A stretch of DNA of 64,000 nucleotides from Eledone cirrhosa (taxonomy: Eukaryota), in the NCBI GenBank assembly GCA_964016885.1, contig OZ024746.1, forward strand, positions 38,626,001 to 38,690,000, written 5' to 3'. Positions 15,049 through 31,024 of the stretch are shown piece after piece. Position numbers and translations under genes: made by a program. How positions within the stretch are numbered: position 1 is the first letter of the stretch; each line of letters begins with the position of its first letter. The notes under the pieces were generated by a model. That model had not been told where the DNA came from. It ran no database searches and saw only the letters and a program-made list of their open reading frames with translations.

Positions 15049-15393
15049 GCACGCACGCGCGCACACATATATATGTGTGTGTGTATATATATATATGTGT
15101 GTGTGCGTGTGTGTGTATGTATATAATATTCTCCCTCTTCCACTCTAATAGTTTATCCTTTTCATTCTCTATCGCTTTCTCATCTTTTGTTTGTTTTATA
15201 TCTGCTATCTATTGCTTTTCCTTTTACTAATTTCCATAGAATATTTTTTTTATCTTTCTTTCAACTGTGTCTCCTCTAAAATGGCGTGAATACAGAAATA
15301 GAGTCACAATGCTTCCTCAAATTTAAGAACATAGCTCGTAATGAAATATCCGTTTAAACTTGGTTGAATTGTTTGTATTAATAATATATATAC

Positions 15394-15516
<123 letters not shown>

Positions 15517-15889
15517 CGTGTGTGTGTGTGTGCGTGTGTGTGTGTACTGGTCTCACTCATCAGGCGCAAGAACAAAATGTTGTCCTTGCGCATGATGAGG
15601 TCATAACTGGTCTCCGAAACCTAAGGTCACTCATACATGTTATGTTTTGAATTCTAATAAATACTAAATAAACTCTCTGATACCAGATTGGGCATTGTCT
15701 TCTTTAACTTTTTATCTACAGATATCCCGCATACGAGCTCACACACGCACACTCACATACACACACCTTGAAACAAACTGCAGTTATTCATTGGAAGAGT
15801 TGAAATTAATGCATGCAAGATTTCGCAGCTATAGCATCACTCCTTTATAGTCAGCCTATGAACTTTTCAGGCCACCCTCGGCGTTGCGT

Positions 15890-17200
15890 AATTATTGCAG
15901 CTCAGCCCGTTCTGAATTCAAACCCCACCGGAGATCAACTTCACTTGTCAATATTCAGAGGTCGATAAAAATAAAACGCCAGTTCAGTAATAAAGTCGAT
16001 TTAAACGACTTTCCTCTTTCTCTAATTGCTGGCCTCGTGCCAAAATTAGAAATAATTATCATCATTTGAAAAATTCATCAAGATTTTGTATTCTTCAATC
16101 ACGAATTCGGTACTATTTCAAAAAGATTCATAAAGTCATTCAAGATTATTTTCAAGAAATTCCATATTTAAAATGCTATGTTTAATACCATAACATTATT
16201 TTGTCGTAGTGGCGGTGGATTGGCGGTATCGGTAGAGGGTCGACGCCATGCTTTGACGCATAAAGTTACGGCCCTTTCCATTCTGAGTTCAAATACCGCT
16301 AAGGTTAACTTTGCCTTTGATCCTTACGGGTTCGATAAAATAAAGTACCAGTAATGCACTGGGAAATTGCTAGCCTTGTGCCAAAAGTAGAAACAATTAT
16401 TTTGTTGTAGTGTTATATTCTTTCTGAAATGTGTTTATCTATCAATGAAAACAATCTATTAATATCTTTACAGGAATGATTGTGTATCATTCTAGTTGTG
16501 TCAATTATAAATGGGATGATAAACATATTCCTTAAGTTCCATAATATGTTTCCTTCAACTAATAGATTGATATAGATGGGGTTGGGGATTTGGTTGCGTA
16601 ATTGTTTGTATCGAGTTTAATAATTCCTGAGGCACAAATTATTAAAGAATTTCTTCCTCTCTTTTCCCTTTTCTTTTCTTTTTCTTTACTTTTTTTAAAA
16701 ATCTAGTTCGTACATAATGTTTATCTCTATTTTCAAACCCTTATATACGGATAATTTTATTTAGGGGCACATCATTGCTTGTTGGAAATGATACTTCTGT
16801 TAGTACAGCAATAATACTAAAAAGAGCAATAATAATTATTTCTACTTTTGGCACAAGGCCAGCAATTATCCCAGTGCATTACTGGTACTTTATTATATCG
16901 ACCCCGTAAGGCTCAAAGGCAAAGTTATCCTCAGCTGGATTTGAACAGAGAATGGCAAGGGCCGTAACTCTAGGCGTCAAAGCATGGCGTCCGACGCTCT
17001 ACCGATACTGCCAATCCAAGGCAAAAGGCCAGCAATTTTCGGGGAGGGGAAATTCGATTAAATCGACCCAGTGCATTACTGGTACTTTATTTTATCGACT
17101 CCATAAGAATGAACGGTATTTGAACTCAGATCATAAAGGGCCGTAACTCTATGCTGCAAACATGGCGTCCGACCCTCTACCAACACTGCCAATCCACCGC
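15890..17200. mobile_element. SINE cluster (+ at ~15890-16060 and 16210-16400; - at ~16833-17017 and ~17020-17200)
   Basis: Repeated family motifs gagttcaaat, gtcgataaaataaagtaccag and ggccttgtgcc. Confidence 0.8.
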
Positions 17201-17397
17201 CCAATAGGTGACCAATAATAATAATATTACTTGACCAACAGCCCCGAAAGACACAGAAATACTGGAACAGTGGATCACTTACATCTACTTTATATCTATT
17301 ACAGCGAATAACTTTGGCTGTTCTTTGTGGGCAATGTCTGTTCTGTCTTGTACGAGGGGCTTAGCTTACGAAATGCTGGTCAGCTGATAGTGTAAGG

Positions 17398-17911
17398 CAG
17401 AGGTTCTCAAACTGTTGGGGCTACCATCCCCCTCACGGCCACGTAATACCCTCAGCGCCGCCCACTCCTATTTCCAGAGAGACCTGCCTACACGCAAATT
17501 GTAAATAATACATAAAAAATAAAATCATTGATTTATATATAAGAAACAATATAATAAATACTATGTATAAATAAATGTATTTTTTTTTATTTTACTATAT
17601 ATAATGTGGATCATATTGGTAGTATCGGTAGAGGGTCGGACGCCATGTTTTCTAGCATAGTTACGTCCCTTTACGATCTGAGTTCAAATCCCGCCGAGGT
17701 TGACTTTGCCTTTCATCCTTACGGGGTCGATAAAATAAAGTACCAGTGAGGCACTGGGTAGTTGCTGGCCTTGTGCCTAAAGTAGAAACAATTATATATA
17801 GTATAATATCATTTCTACCACCCAGCACCATCTCCTTATACCCCAGCGCCCCCTTGACCTTCTCAATGCCCTCCTCCCAGGGAGCCGTAGTGCCCAGTTT
17901 GGGAACCTCTG
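17398..17911. mobile_element. hAT-type MITE with nested SINE
   Basis: TIRs CAGAGGTTCTCAAACT / AGTTTGGGAACCTCTG and a perfect 8-bp TSD GTGTAAGG (17390-17397, 17912-17919). A SINE is inserted at ~17615-17795. Confidence 0.88.
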
Positions 17912-18057
17912 GTGTAAGGTTTGGTGGTTGGTTTTTCGTTATTTTCTCATCATTTTGTCGTGAATATTTAAAAACTAAATATTTTTTCATATTATTATTT
18001 GTCGCATATTTCTTGTTTATTTGCATAGTTTTAATTATTATATTCATTTCTATTTAG

Positions 18058-18233
18058 GTGTGGGATGGACACTCCGTAAAATTGTGACAAAGCTGAACAG
18101 CAACATGCATATACAAGTAGACGAAAGTGGAAATTGGACACTTGATATCACGTCCACGTTTAAAAATATACACCTTCAGTTTAAACTCGGTGAAGAGTTC
18201 AATGAAACAACAGGAGATGGACGCCAAATGAAG
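18058..18233 (+). CDS. Fatty acid-binding protein (FABP/iLBP family), internal coding exon 2
   Basis: Acceptor tttctatttag|GT (phase 1) and donor AAG|gtcggt (phase 0). Translation (G)VGWTLRKIVTKLNSNMHIQVDESGNWTLDITSTFKNIHLQFKLGEEFNETTGDGRQMK contains the FABP motifs STFKN and FKLGEEFxExTxDGR. The 176-bp size and intron phases match the usual FABP exon 2. Confidence 0.93.
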
Positions 18234-18317
18234 GTCGGTGTAAACAATATATATATATTGTTCATCACTCTCCCTTCCCTCTCTATCTATCTATCTCTCC
18301 TATCTCTCTCTCTATCG

Positions 18318-18405
<88 letters not shown>

Positions 18406-18427
18406 ATTTATATATATATTTATATAT

Positions 18428-18889
18428 ACCCTAAAATGGGAAAAATTAGCTAAAACTCAAAGCTTTTCCAGGAGCCAAAGTTTCTGCAAATTGTGTAATC
18501 TTGAGATTTATTACATAATCACACACAAGAAGAAACTGCTGAATAACAGAATTGAACGAACATTATTCTGCCGTCACAGAACTAAAACCCTTTTTTCCCA
18601 CTACAAGCCGAATATTACATAAAAGAGGAACATCCCCCAACTATATAAACCTTAATCTAGTTAGAAAAATATAAAAACAATCTCTTCTCAACATATATTA
18701 ATAACCTTAAATTACCACACTAATAATGGAAAGATATGCTGATGAGAATAGGTACAAATATGCGATAATGAATGTGTCAAAAAACGTCCATAAGTATGTA
18801 TATATATGTGAAAATGTATATAAATAAGTAAATATATATATATGTTTGATGTGTATAGTTAGATGTAAGTGTATTCATGTATTAAAGTG

Positions 18890-18980
<91 letters not shown>

Positions 18981-19697
18981 ATATGTGTATACGGATGTGT
19001 ATGTATGTGTATGTGTGTACACATGGACTAGAGTATGTATGTATATATGTGTGTGTCTATACGTGTGTATATAAAGATAAGTTGAGTATGAAAATGTATA
19101 CACATGAGCGCGTATGTATGTACATGAATACATGTGTGTATATATATCTGTATGCATGTGTATATATATGTAAGTATGAATATGTGAATTGTGAGTATAT
19201 GTATTTTGTAGAGGTGTGCAAATATATTTGTGTGTGAATGCGTGGGTGAAAGGATACGTACACTTGAAAGAAAAATTTAAGTCTGAATGTTAATTAAGTG
19301 CAAACACAAAACCAACCACGCATATCTTTACTATCTCTAATCCTTCTATAGATTTAGAAAAATAACCAATAATATATTCTATAAAAAATGTCAAAACAAC
19401 AGATGGGAATCTAATTACTCACTGCCACCAAGAATTCTCACTGCTATCGAAAAACCACTCCTTCAACTATTCTTCTAACAACTTCACCCCTCCCTCCTAA
19501 TATTCTCTATAAAAACTAAATAGGCCCTCAGTAATATTATTCTGATGAAATGACAGTAAATAATAACATTGAAATATTGAATGTCTGCATAACTAAAAGT
19601 TTGTAGATAGCAGCTGTTTTAGGTTATGTAACTGTTATAGAAACACGTGTCAATAAATTCCTTTCAACTAAACTGTATCCATTCAAATCTTTCTATA
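18428..19697 (+). mobile_element. PLE pLTR copy (GIY-YIG C-terminus + 3'UTR + HHR + tail), left arm of a large inverted repeat
   Basis: Translates LKWEKLAKTQSFSRSQSFCKLCNLEIYYII...LLNNRIERTLFCRHRTK* (to 18621). It is the reverse complement of 19791-21071. Confidence 0.85.
19537..19656 (+). ncRNA. Type I hammerhead ribozyme with long stem II insertion (PLE pLTR)
   Basis: ttatt-CTGATGA-a atgacagt...actgttat a-GAAAC ACGT GTC-aataa. Palindromic stem III ACACGTGT, GUC triplet. Confidence 0.72.
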
Positions 19698-19699
19698 TT

Positions 19700-21330
<1,631 letters not shown>

Positions 21331-21418
21331 GGAACTACAACTGGAACCGTCGAGCAAACTCTACGTGAGCTGTCAATCTACTGTGTGTAATATTTATATT
21401 ACAACACAACGGAAAATA

Positions 21419-21618
<200 letters not shown>

Positions 21619-21715
21619 TAAGAAAATGCGAAGTAGTTGCAGATGTTAAAGTCCTTTATTATGTGATACATATTTCAATGACGAGACATTTAATGTTTGA
21701 TATAGAAGGAAAAGA

Positions 21716-21753
21716 ATCTTAATGTTTCGGGCATTAGTCCTTCATCAAAAGAT
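21716..21753 (-). ncRNA. Degenerate minimal hammerhead
   Basis: atctt-TTGATGA-A GGAC taat GCCC-GAAAC ATT-aagat, with a U3.G8 wobble and mismatches in stems II and III. The same CTGATGAAGGAC 5' half occurs at 29116-29128 (-) and 43514-43525 (+). Confidence 0.5.
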
Positions 21754-21809
21754 AGAATAAGAAATAAAAATTGAGATAGAAAGATAAAGAGTAAGAAGTA
21801 AATGTAAAT

Positions 21810-21983
<174 letters not shown>

Positions 21984-22621
21984 TATTAAGGCCAATTACC
22001 TAAACGGAGCAATACCAGGAGCGCCAACCCTTCATGCTAATCCGTTGTAGTAATTGGCCTTAATAATTATATTAAAATTCGCCCTACGGACTTCAGCTCT
22101 ATATCGTGAAGATTTCTACTAAGATACTATCACTATATGTTTGGTGAGAGTCATTAATTTTAAACGCAAACATGGTTGTGCATTAAAGCATTTAGTTTCC
22201 TAATCACATGATTTCAGTCTTCGCCCCCACAGTGTAGCAATTTCGGCAAATGTCTATTACTATCGCTTCAACTTGACAATGCTTTATTGGAAAATGGAAG
22301 TCTATATTAATTGTAATTAACGGAAACTTGATTTCCCATTGAATGGTTTAGCAAGACATTTAGCATGACATTTCTGATGTGTAAATCTGAAGATAATAGC
22401 ATAGAAAACATAATTTCCTCTTGGTAACATTTATATTCAGGATAATACGTTCTTTCACAAATGTTGATCCTTTGCTTGTGAAAACCCAAGGGTGACAATC
22501 ACGTGAGGTACACGAAAAAATAAAAATTCTCTGGCTAAAAAAAACAGGTTCGACTTTCATGTATGAACGAATTTTACGCTATTATTTACCGTAAGTGAGC
22601 AATATGTATAGAAAAGTTTCA

Positions 22622-22802
22622 TTTGGCAGTATCGGTAGAGGGTCGGGACGCCATGCTTAGACGCATAGAGTTACGGCCCTTGCCATTCTGAGTTCAAATC
22701 CCGCCGAGGTTAACTTTGCCTTTCATCCTTACGGGGTCGATAAAATAAAGAACCAGTAATGTACTGGGTAATTGGTGACCTTGTGCCTAAAGTAGAAACA
22801 AT
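22622..22802 (+). mobile_element. tRNA-derived SINE
   Basis: Family consensus with A and B boxes. Further + copies at 25232-25422, 48095-48290 and 61272-61462. Confidence 0.85.
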
Positions 22803-22827
22803 TAATTATTCTACAAATTGATAACGG

Positions 22828-22875
<48 letters not shown>

Positions 22876-22888
22876 ATATATATGTATA

Positions 22889-22924
<36 letters not shown>

Positions 22925-22983
22925 TACATACATATATATATGTAAAAGTATATATGTATACATATAATCGGGAAACCACCTAC

Positions 22984-23037
<54 letters not shown>

Positions 23038-23071
<34 letters not shown>

Positions 23072-24090
23072 GTTTAACGTCCCTGTTCCACGCTTGCATG
23101 GGTTTGGACGGGGGTTTTCCCACTTGAGGCAAGAGTGGTTGTCTTGCTCGCATAGGACTGTCTGGCGGGTTTTCTACAGCTGGATGCCCTTCCTAACACC
23201 AACTACATTTACAGTGTGGGACTGGGAGGTTTTTTTGTCGTGACACCTACACGGTCTCGTTTGTTTCGGCCTGGATGTTGTGGCACCAACATAACTTTGC
23301 ATTGAAGGGGGCGGTGTGGATGGGGTGGGGCGGGGGTGTATTTTGTTAGAGATGTCTACTGACTAGTAGGTTTTACTTTGTATTTAGGTAAGGCGGGTCT
23401 TCTCTGTTACTGAGTACCGCCAAAGGTCTCGGTCCAGTGACATTGTCTTGGAGAGGTGTAAGTGTGTGAGGTCGGAATTTATCAGCTCGTCCCAGGTTTT
23501 CCTGGGTCTGCCTACTCCGTGGCTACCATCTATCTTTATTGCCCTGCACTTTGTTATACAGCTGTCGTCTTTCATGCGCATCACGTGACCATACCAACGT
23601 AGCCTTCTCTCGAGTAAACAACATCTGATCCCTCTTATTTCTAATTTTTTCCTTAGTTCGTTTATGCTTTGCCGTTCACGTATATTACTATTACACATCC
23701 AGCGGAGCATGCAAGCTTCGTTCCTCTCTAGTCTGCGTATATCCTCTGCACACAATGCCCAGGTCTCACTGCCATGCAACATTGCTGTTCGTATGCAGGC
23801 ATCATACAACCTGCCTTTCATTTTTAGGGAGAACCCTTTAGCGGCTAATAGTGGTATAAGCTCTCTGAACTTTTTCCATCCAGTTCTGACTCTAGCTACT
23901 GTACTTTCAGAGCACACTCCCCCACTGCTGATTTTGTCACCCAGGTAACGGAAGCTGTCCACTATTTCTATAGAACCCTCTGCGCAATTGAAAGAGTTAG
24001 TATTTCTTGGGCACTTGCTGCTACTTATTGCACCAGAGCACCGGCCACATGTAAAATCTGTGTTCTTAGTTAGCTTACCTGTGATCCCAC

Positions 24091-24091
<1 letters not shown>
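23038..24091 (-). mobile_element. RTE-clade LINE, 3' fragment with (CAT)n/(ATG)n tail
   Basis: ORF 23384-24090 has FRYLG, HGSETW, RLRWYGHVMRM and GRPRKTW. A 3'UTR and trinucleotide tail follow at 23038-23070. Confidence 0.88.
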
Positions 24092-24168
<77 letters not shown>

Positions 24169-24219
24169 CATATATATTTGTAAAAGTATATAAGTATACA
24201 TATAATCGGGAAACCACCT

Positions 24220-24270
<51 letters not shown>

Positions 24271-24273
<3 letters not shown>

Positions 24274-24347
24274 GGTGTCCCAAAGAATGTATACACACTT
24301 CAACAGCTTTCTAATATATGTATGTATACATTTTGGGGGGACACCCT
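24271..24347. mobile_element. ~80-bp Tc1/mariner-like MITE
   Basis: cagggtgtccc...gggacaccct within (TA)n. Same family as 50773-50852. Confidence 0.65.
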
Positions 24348-24351
24348 CGAC

Positions 24352-24391
<40 letters not shown>

Positions 24392-24697
24392 GGTAGGTGA
24401 ATAATTCTGTGATTTGAAGACTGTTTGCTAATTGTTAATCAATTGAGTTGTTTATTCTTCCTTGGAGAAAAGTGTATGTAGCAGTATGAAGTTCTGATAG
24501 TGTATAGTGCGAGAAGGGTTAGTAGGTACACTTCCTTTAATCAAGCCGTAACTTAATAATCAGTCATCTGCTTTTGTCTGTGACAGTGAAACTTTGATGA
24601 TTGATTTTGGTTCTTCATCGATCCAAACAAGCTTCAAGGGATTCGTACGAAATAATGAATGAAAACAAATTAGATCCCAGTCATTATATATATATAG

Positions 24698-24800
<103 letters not shown>

Positions 24801-24897
24801 AAAATAGTATACACACCTCAACAGCATTCTAATAAAAGTGTGTATATTTATTTGGGACACCAATATATGTATGTGTGTAGATTAGATTACATATGTA

Positions 24898-25097
24898 NNN
24901 NNNNNNNNNNNNNNNNNNNNNNNNNNNNNNNNNNNNNNNNNNNNNNNNNNNNNNNNNNNNNNNNNNNNNNNNNNNNNNNNNNNNNNNNNNNNNNNNNNNN
25001 NNNNNNNNNNNNNNNNNNNNNNNNNNNNNNNNNNNNNNNNNNNNNNNNNNNNNNNNNNNNNNNNNNNNNNNNNNNNNNNNNNNNNNNNNNNNNNNNN
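24898..25097. other. Scaffold gap (200 N)
   Basis: Run of n characters. True size and contiguity across it are unknown. Confidence 1.
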
Positions 25098-25466
25098 TAA
25101 TTTAGCTGGCAATTTTTAACTGTTGGTCAATCAATGATAAACATTGATTGCCAGTTAAATTAACGATAGGGTTATATAATATACAGAAACGAAAGCCAAC
25201 CCAAACCTAACAGTGTTTTATTATATATTTCTGGCGGTGGATTGGCAGTATCGGTAGAGGGTCGGACGCCATGCTTTGCAGCACAGTTACGTCCCTTAAC
25301 ATACTAATTTCAGATCCCGCCGAGGTTAACTTTGCCTTTCATCCTTATGGGGTCGATAAAATAAAGTACCAGTAATACACTGGGATAATTGCTGGCCTTG
25401 TGCCAAAAGTAGAAACAATTATATATTTCTGGCAATAACAACATAACCCACCCCAAATATAACAAC

Positions 25467-25498
<32 letters not shown>

Positions 25499-25854
25499 AT
25501 GTGTGTGTGTGGTTGTGTGTGTGTGTGTGTGTATGTGTGTGTGTGTGTATGTGTGTGTGTGTGGTTGTGTGTGTGTGTGTGTGTGGTTGTGTGTATGTGT
25601 GTGGTTGTGTGTGTGTGTGGTTGTGTTTGTGTGTGTGGTTGTGTGTGTGTGTGTCTGTGTGTGTGGTTGTGTGTGTGTATGTGTGGTTGTGTGCGTGTGT
25701 GTGTATGTGTGTGTGTGTTTGTGTGTGTGGTTGAGTGTGTGTGTGTGTGTTATTGTGTGTGTGGTTGTGTGTGTGTGTGTGGTTGTGTGTGTGTATGTAT
25801 GTGTGTGTGGGTTATTGTGTGTGTGGTTGTGTGTGTGTGTGTGTGGTTGTGTGT

Positions 25855-25949
<95 letters not shown>

Positions 25950-26563
25950 CTAAACAGAAATAACAACACAATCGGTACAGTATATGGAAGGTATATATTA
26001 GGTTAACTCTTGAAATAGCAGGAAGAGGGTCAGCATAGCATAGCACAGCACAGCACAGCATTTGTTTCAGACAGCAAAGTGCGACATACCTGGGCACAGC
26101 CTTTATTTGATCGATCTTATCCAGTACTCCCCCCCCCCCCCCCCCCCCCCAGTACTCTTGTTTTCCATATCATACTTATCTTATTGATCTCATTTTTGTT
26201 TAACTGCTATGTTACTGGACATAAACGCTGACAGACTCAAACAACATGAAACACACACACACTCTCGTGTTTATATTTATTTAGATATACAATGAGCTTC
26301 TGCAATTTCTGACTACCAAGACATTAGTCAATCTGAGATTTTAGTAGAAGACCCTTACCAAGTTGCTAAGAACCAGAACAGAACTCTGAACCAACTGATT
26401 GTGTAGCAAACTCCATAATGATCAGCCACGCCTGCACCTATATAATATATGTATATATATATATATATGTATATATATGCAAAAGTTCTATTTAAATTGT
26501 TGGGATACAACAAGCAAATATTTTTATAACTGATATAAAGCACTCGACAAGTATTTGGAGTAG

Positions 26564-26929
26564 ATATACGATATTAACAAATGGAAACTATATTTATAAA
26601 ACCATATTTATTTCATTATACATATTTCAAGGATACCAAGTTAAATTATGGTATGCCTTCGTCAGACAAAATACAATATATACCAGTTTTATAAATAAAC
26701 ATTGACGTACCCTTTCAAAATGCAACCGTTACTTTTGGAAGACATCAGGATGTCTTCCAAAAGTAACGGTTGCATTTTGAAATGGTACGTCAATGTTTAT
26801 TTATAAAACTGGTATATATTGACTAATGTCTTGGAAACATACGATAATTTAACTTGGTATCCTTGAAATATGTATAATGAAATAAATATGGTTTTATAAA
26901 TATAGTTTCCATTTGTTAATATCGTATAT
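26564..26929. repeat. Fold-back palindrome centred at 26747/26748
   Basis: ttggaagacatc ag gatgtcttccaa centre, arms ~180 bp. Confidence 0.9.
26609..26673 (-). ncRNA. Type I hammerhead ribozyme (family A, N7=C)
   Basis: tattttgt-CTGACGA-AGG c ATACCA taatttaact TGGTAT CCT t-GAAAT ATGT ATA-atgaaata. Stem I is 8 bp including two G.U pairs. Confidence 0.78.
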
Positions 26930-26984
26930 GTATATATATATATATGAATGAAAAATGGCGTGCTGCGTTGTTGCGAATATGAAC

Positions 26985-27525
<541 letters not shown>

Positions 27526-27532
27526 GTATATA

Positions 27533-27589
<57 letters not shown>

Positions 27590-27606
27590 GTATATATATA
27601 TACATT

Positions 27607-27638
<32 letters not shown>

Positions 27639-27639
27639 C

Positions 27640-27686
<47 letters not shown>

Positions 27687-27716
27687 TTATATATATATAT
27701 ATGTATATATATATAC

Positions 27717-27756
<40 letters not shown>

Positions 27757-27769
27757 TATATATATATAC

Positions 27770-28988
<1,219 letters not shown>

Positions 28989-29069
28989 TCCTGAGGATAG
29001 GAAGAGGAAATGGCTAGGACCATTTTAGGACCGTACTATGAGTGCCGCCCTCCATAGCCCAGAGCACTG

Positions 29070-29115
<46 letters not shown>

Positions 29116-29361
29116 GTCCTTCATCAGTGATTTTCCAACTTTCATTGGTATTTCATCGCTTTAAAAATCATATACCTCTAGTTGGCGCGAGCAATAACTC
29201 AATAAAGTTATTAGGACAAGTAAAAATAGGGTGAAACGTGCGAGTCATGAAAACAAACAATAATGGTATTGCAACGGAAAGATATTCATACATACATATA
29301 TATGTATATATATAATAAAGTTAAATAAAAGTCAAATGATTAAAATTTAGCTTCGTTTATT

Positions 29362-29416
29362 ACTGCTATATATATTTCAGTGACAGCCATCTTTGGCTGT
29401 GACCTCTTCAGGCAGT
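29362..29416 (-). ncRNA. Hammerhead ribozyme, mirror copy in the perfect palindrome
   Basis: Exact reverse complement of 29647-29701. Confidence 0.8.
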
Positions 29417-29646
29417 TTGAATTAGTATGGTATAGACAAGTACATATGTTGTTTAGGTGTATGATATTGTCAATACTCTGATATGCCCAGTTCCTTGCTG
29501 GGTTGTTAATTCACTGGGGAACTGGAGTCATATGACTCCAGTTCCCCAGTGAATTAACAACCCAGCAAGGAACTGGGCATATCAGAGTATTGACAATATC
29601 ATACACCTAAACAACATATGTACTTGTCTATACCATACTAATTCAA

Positions 29647-29701
29647 ACTGCCTGAAGAGGTCACAGCCAAAGATGGCTGTCACTGAAATATATATAGCAG
29701 T
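29647..29701 (+). ncRNA. Type I hammerhead ribozyme
   Basis: actgc-CTGAAGA-GGT c ACAGCCA aaga TGGCTGT c ACT-GAAAT ATAT ATA-gcagt. Perfect 5-bp stem I, predicted cleavage after 29696. Confidence 0.83.
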
Positions 29702-29850
29702 AATAAACGAAGCTAAATTTTAATCATTTGACTTTTATTTAACTTTATTTTACACTACTCCGGAATAACCAAACCAAACTGCGCACTTCGTCGAGTGCTC
29801 CAGCCTGCATACTGAGGTGTTGGTATACAACCAACATAAACTCAAAATCT

Positions 29851-29886
<36 letters not shown>

Positions 29887-29940
29887 ATGTATGTATGTAT
29901 ATGTATATATATATATGTATATATGTGTGTATGTGTGTAT

Positions 29941-30549
29941 GTCATGTCACCAGTTGGTGCTACTGGTAACATGTATCCCAGTACTATCTGTCTCATGGTC
30001 GGCTCGTTGGCGACTAAACTGGCAACCCCACCAAGGTTTCTTGGTGAGAAGGGTGACTTTCGACATCCTGCAGGACTAAAAACAAAACCTGTCAAAGGGC
30101 AAAGAAGCTCTTAAGAGTCAATGGCCATCCAAAATCACCGGGAGAGGTGACTCCTTAGCCTTTGTCAAGGCAGAATTCTAGGAGAAGGAAAACTCTGATA
30201 TAACACCTGCAACTCTGATGGTATCCAATGATGTTGACTTGTTCTTCTTTTTGGTAAATATCATCTTGGTTAAGAAAGTGGGACTGGCTTTGTGCAGTGA
30301 CTTTGCTCACTATAAAAACTTCACGGCACAGGCATTGCTTTATATCTGGAGATCTCTCTGCACTTGTCATCACATGGTACCATGGGCCCAGCACTATGTG
30401 TCAATGATTGTCACAAGTGTAGTGTTTGTACCAAAGTTTTCAAGTCGCTGGCTGGACTAAAAAGTCACACTCGTTCAGCGCATCGGTAGGAGTTCTCCTA
30501 CATGGGTATAAAGTAGTGGCTGTACTCGAAAACGAGTTGACAGCCACCA
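29941..30549 (+). mobile_element. Internally deleted or degenerate RTE-like element
   Basis: The 3' part reads HKCSVCTKVFKSLAGL(K)SHTRSAHR* with one frameshift, a C2H2 finger typical of some RTE C-termini. Both sides are flanked by atgtgtgtatgt-like repeats. Confidence 0.5.
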
Positions 30550-30948
30550 TGTGTGTATGTATGCTTGCATATATTATGTTTACGTACATCTTCCTGCTTT
30601 GCGTCCTTACCCTTGACACAATGCACGCATTTTTCTTTTTGTTTTGTTTTCTTTTTATTTTTTTGCTACCATATCACTAGTGGGCAGCGTATGGCTAAGC
30701 TTTATCTATCTATTCCCTCAGGGTAAGAATTCTCTACAAATTTCATGAGCTTCAATAATTTACGATCATGGACCCTAGTCTTGCCGCTAGCCTGAACAAA
30801 TAATCGGAAACCAATTTATTGAATCGTCTATTAAATTGATACATGTTGCCTGTAGCAAGTTCTTTTTAATGGCTTGACATTATTTCAACCCTTAGTGTGT
30901 TTACGTGAATGTGTATTTACGTGAATATGTGTGTGTATGAGTGTTTGT

Positions 30949-31024
<76 letters not shown>

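Larger units (their letters stand above)
29314..29749. repeat. Perfect 436-bp palindrome with no loop
   Basis: Centre ggagtcat|atgactcc at 29531/29532. The arms appear identical by eye. Confidence 0.92.
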
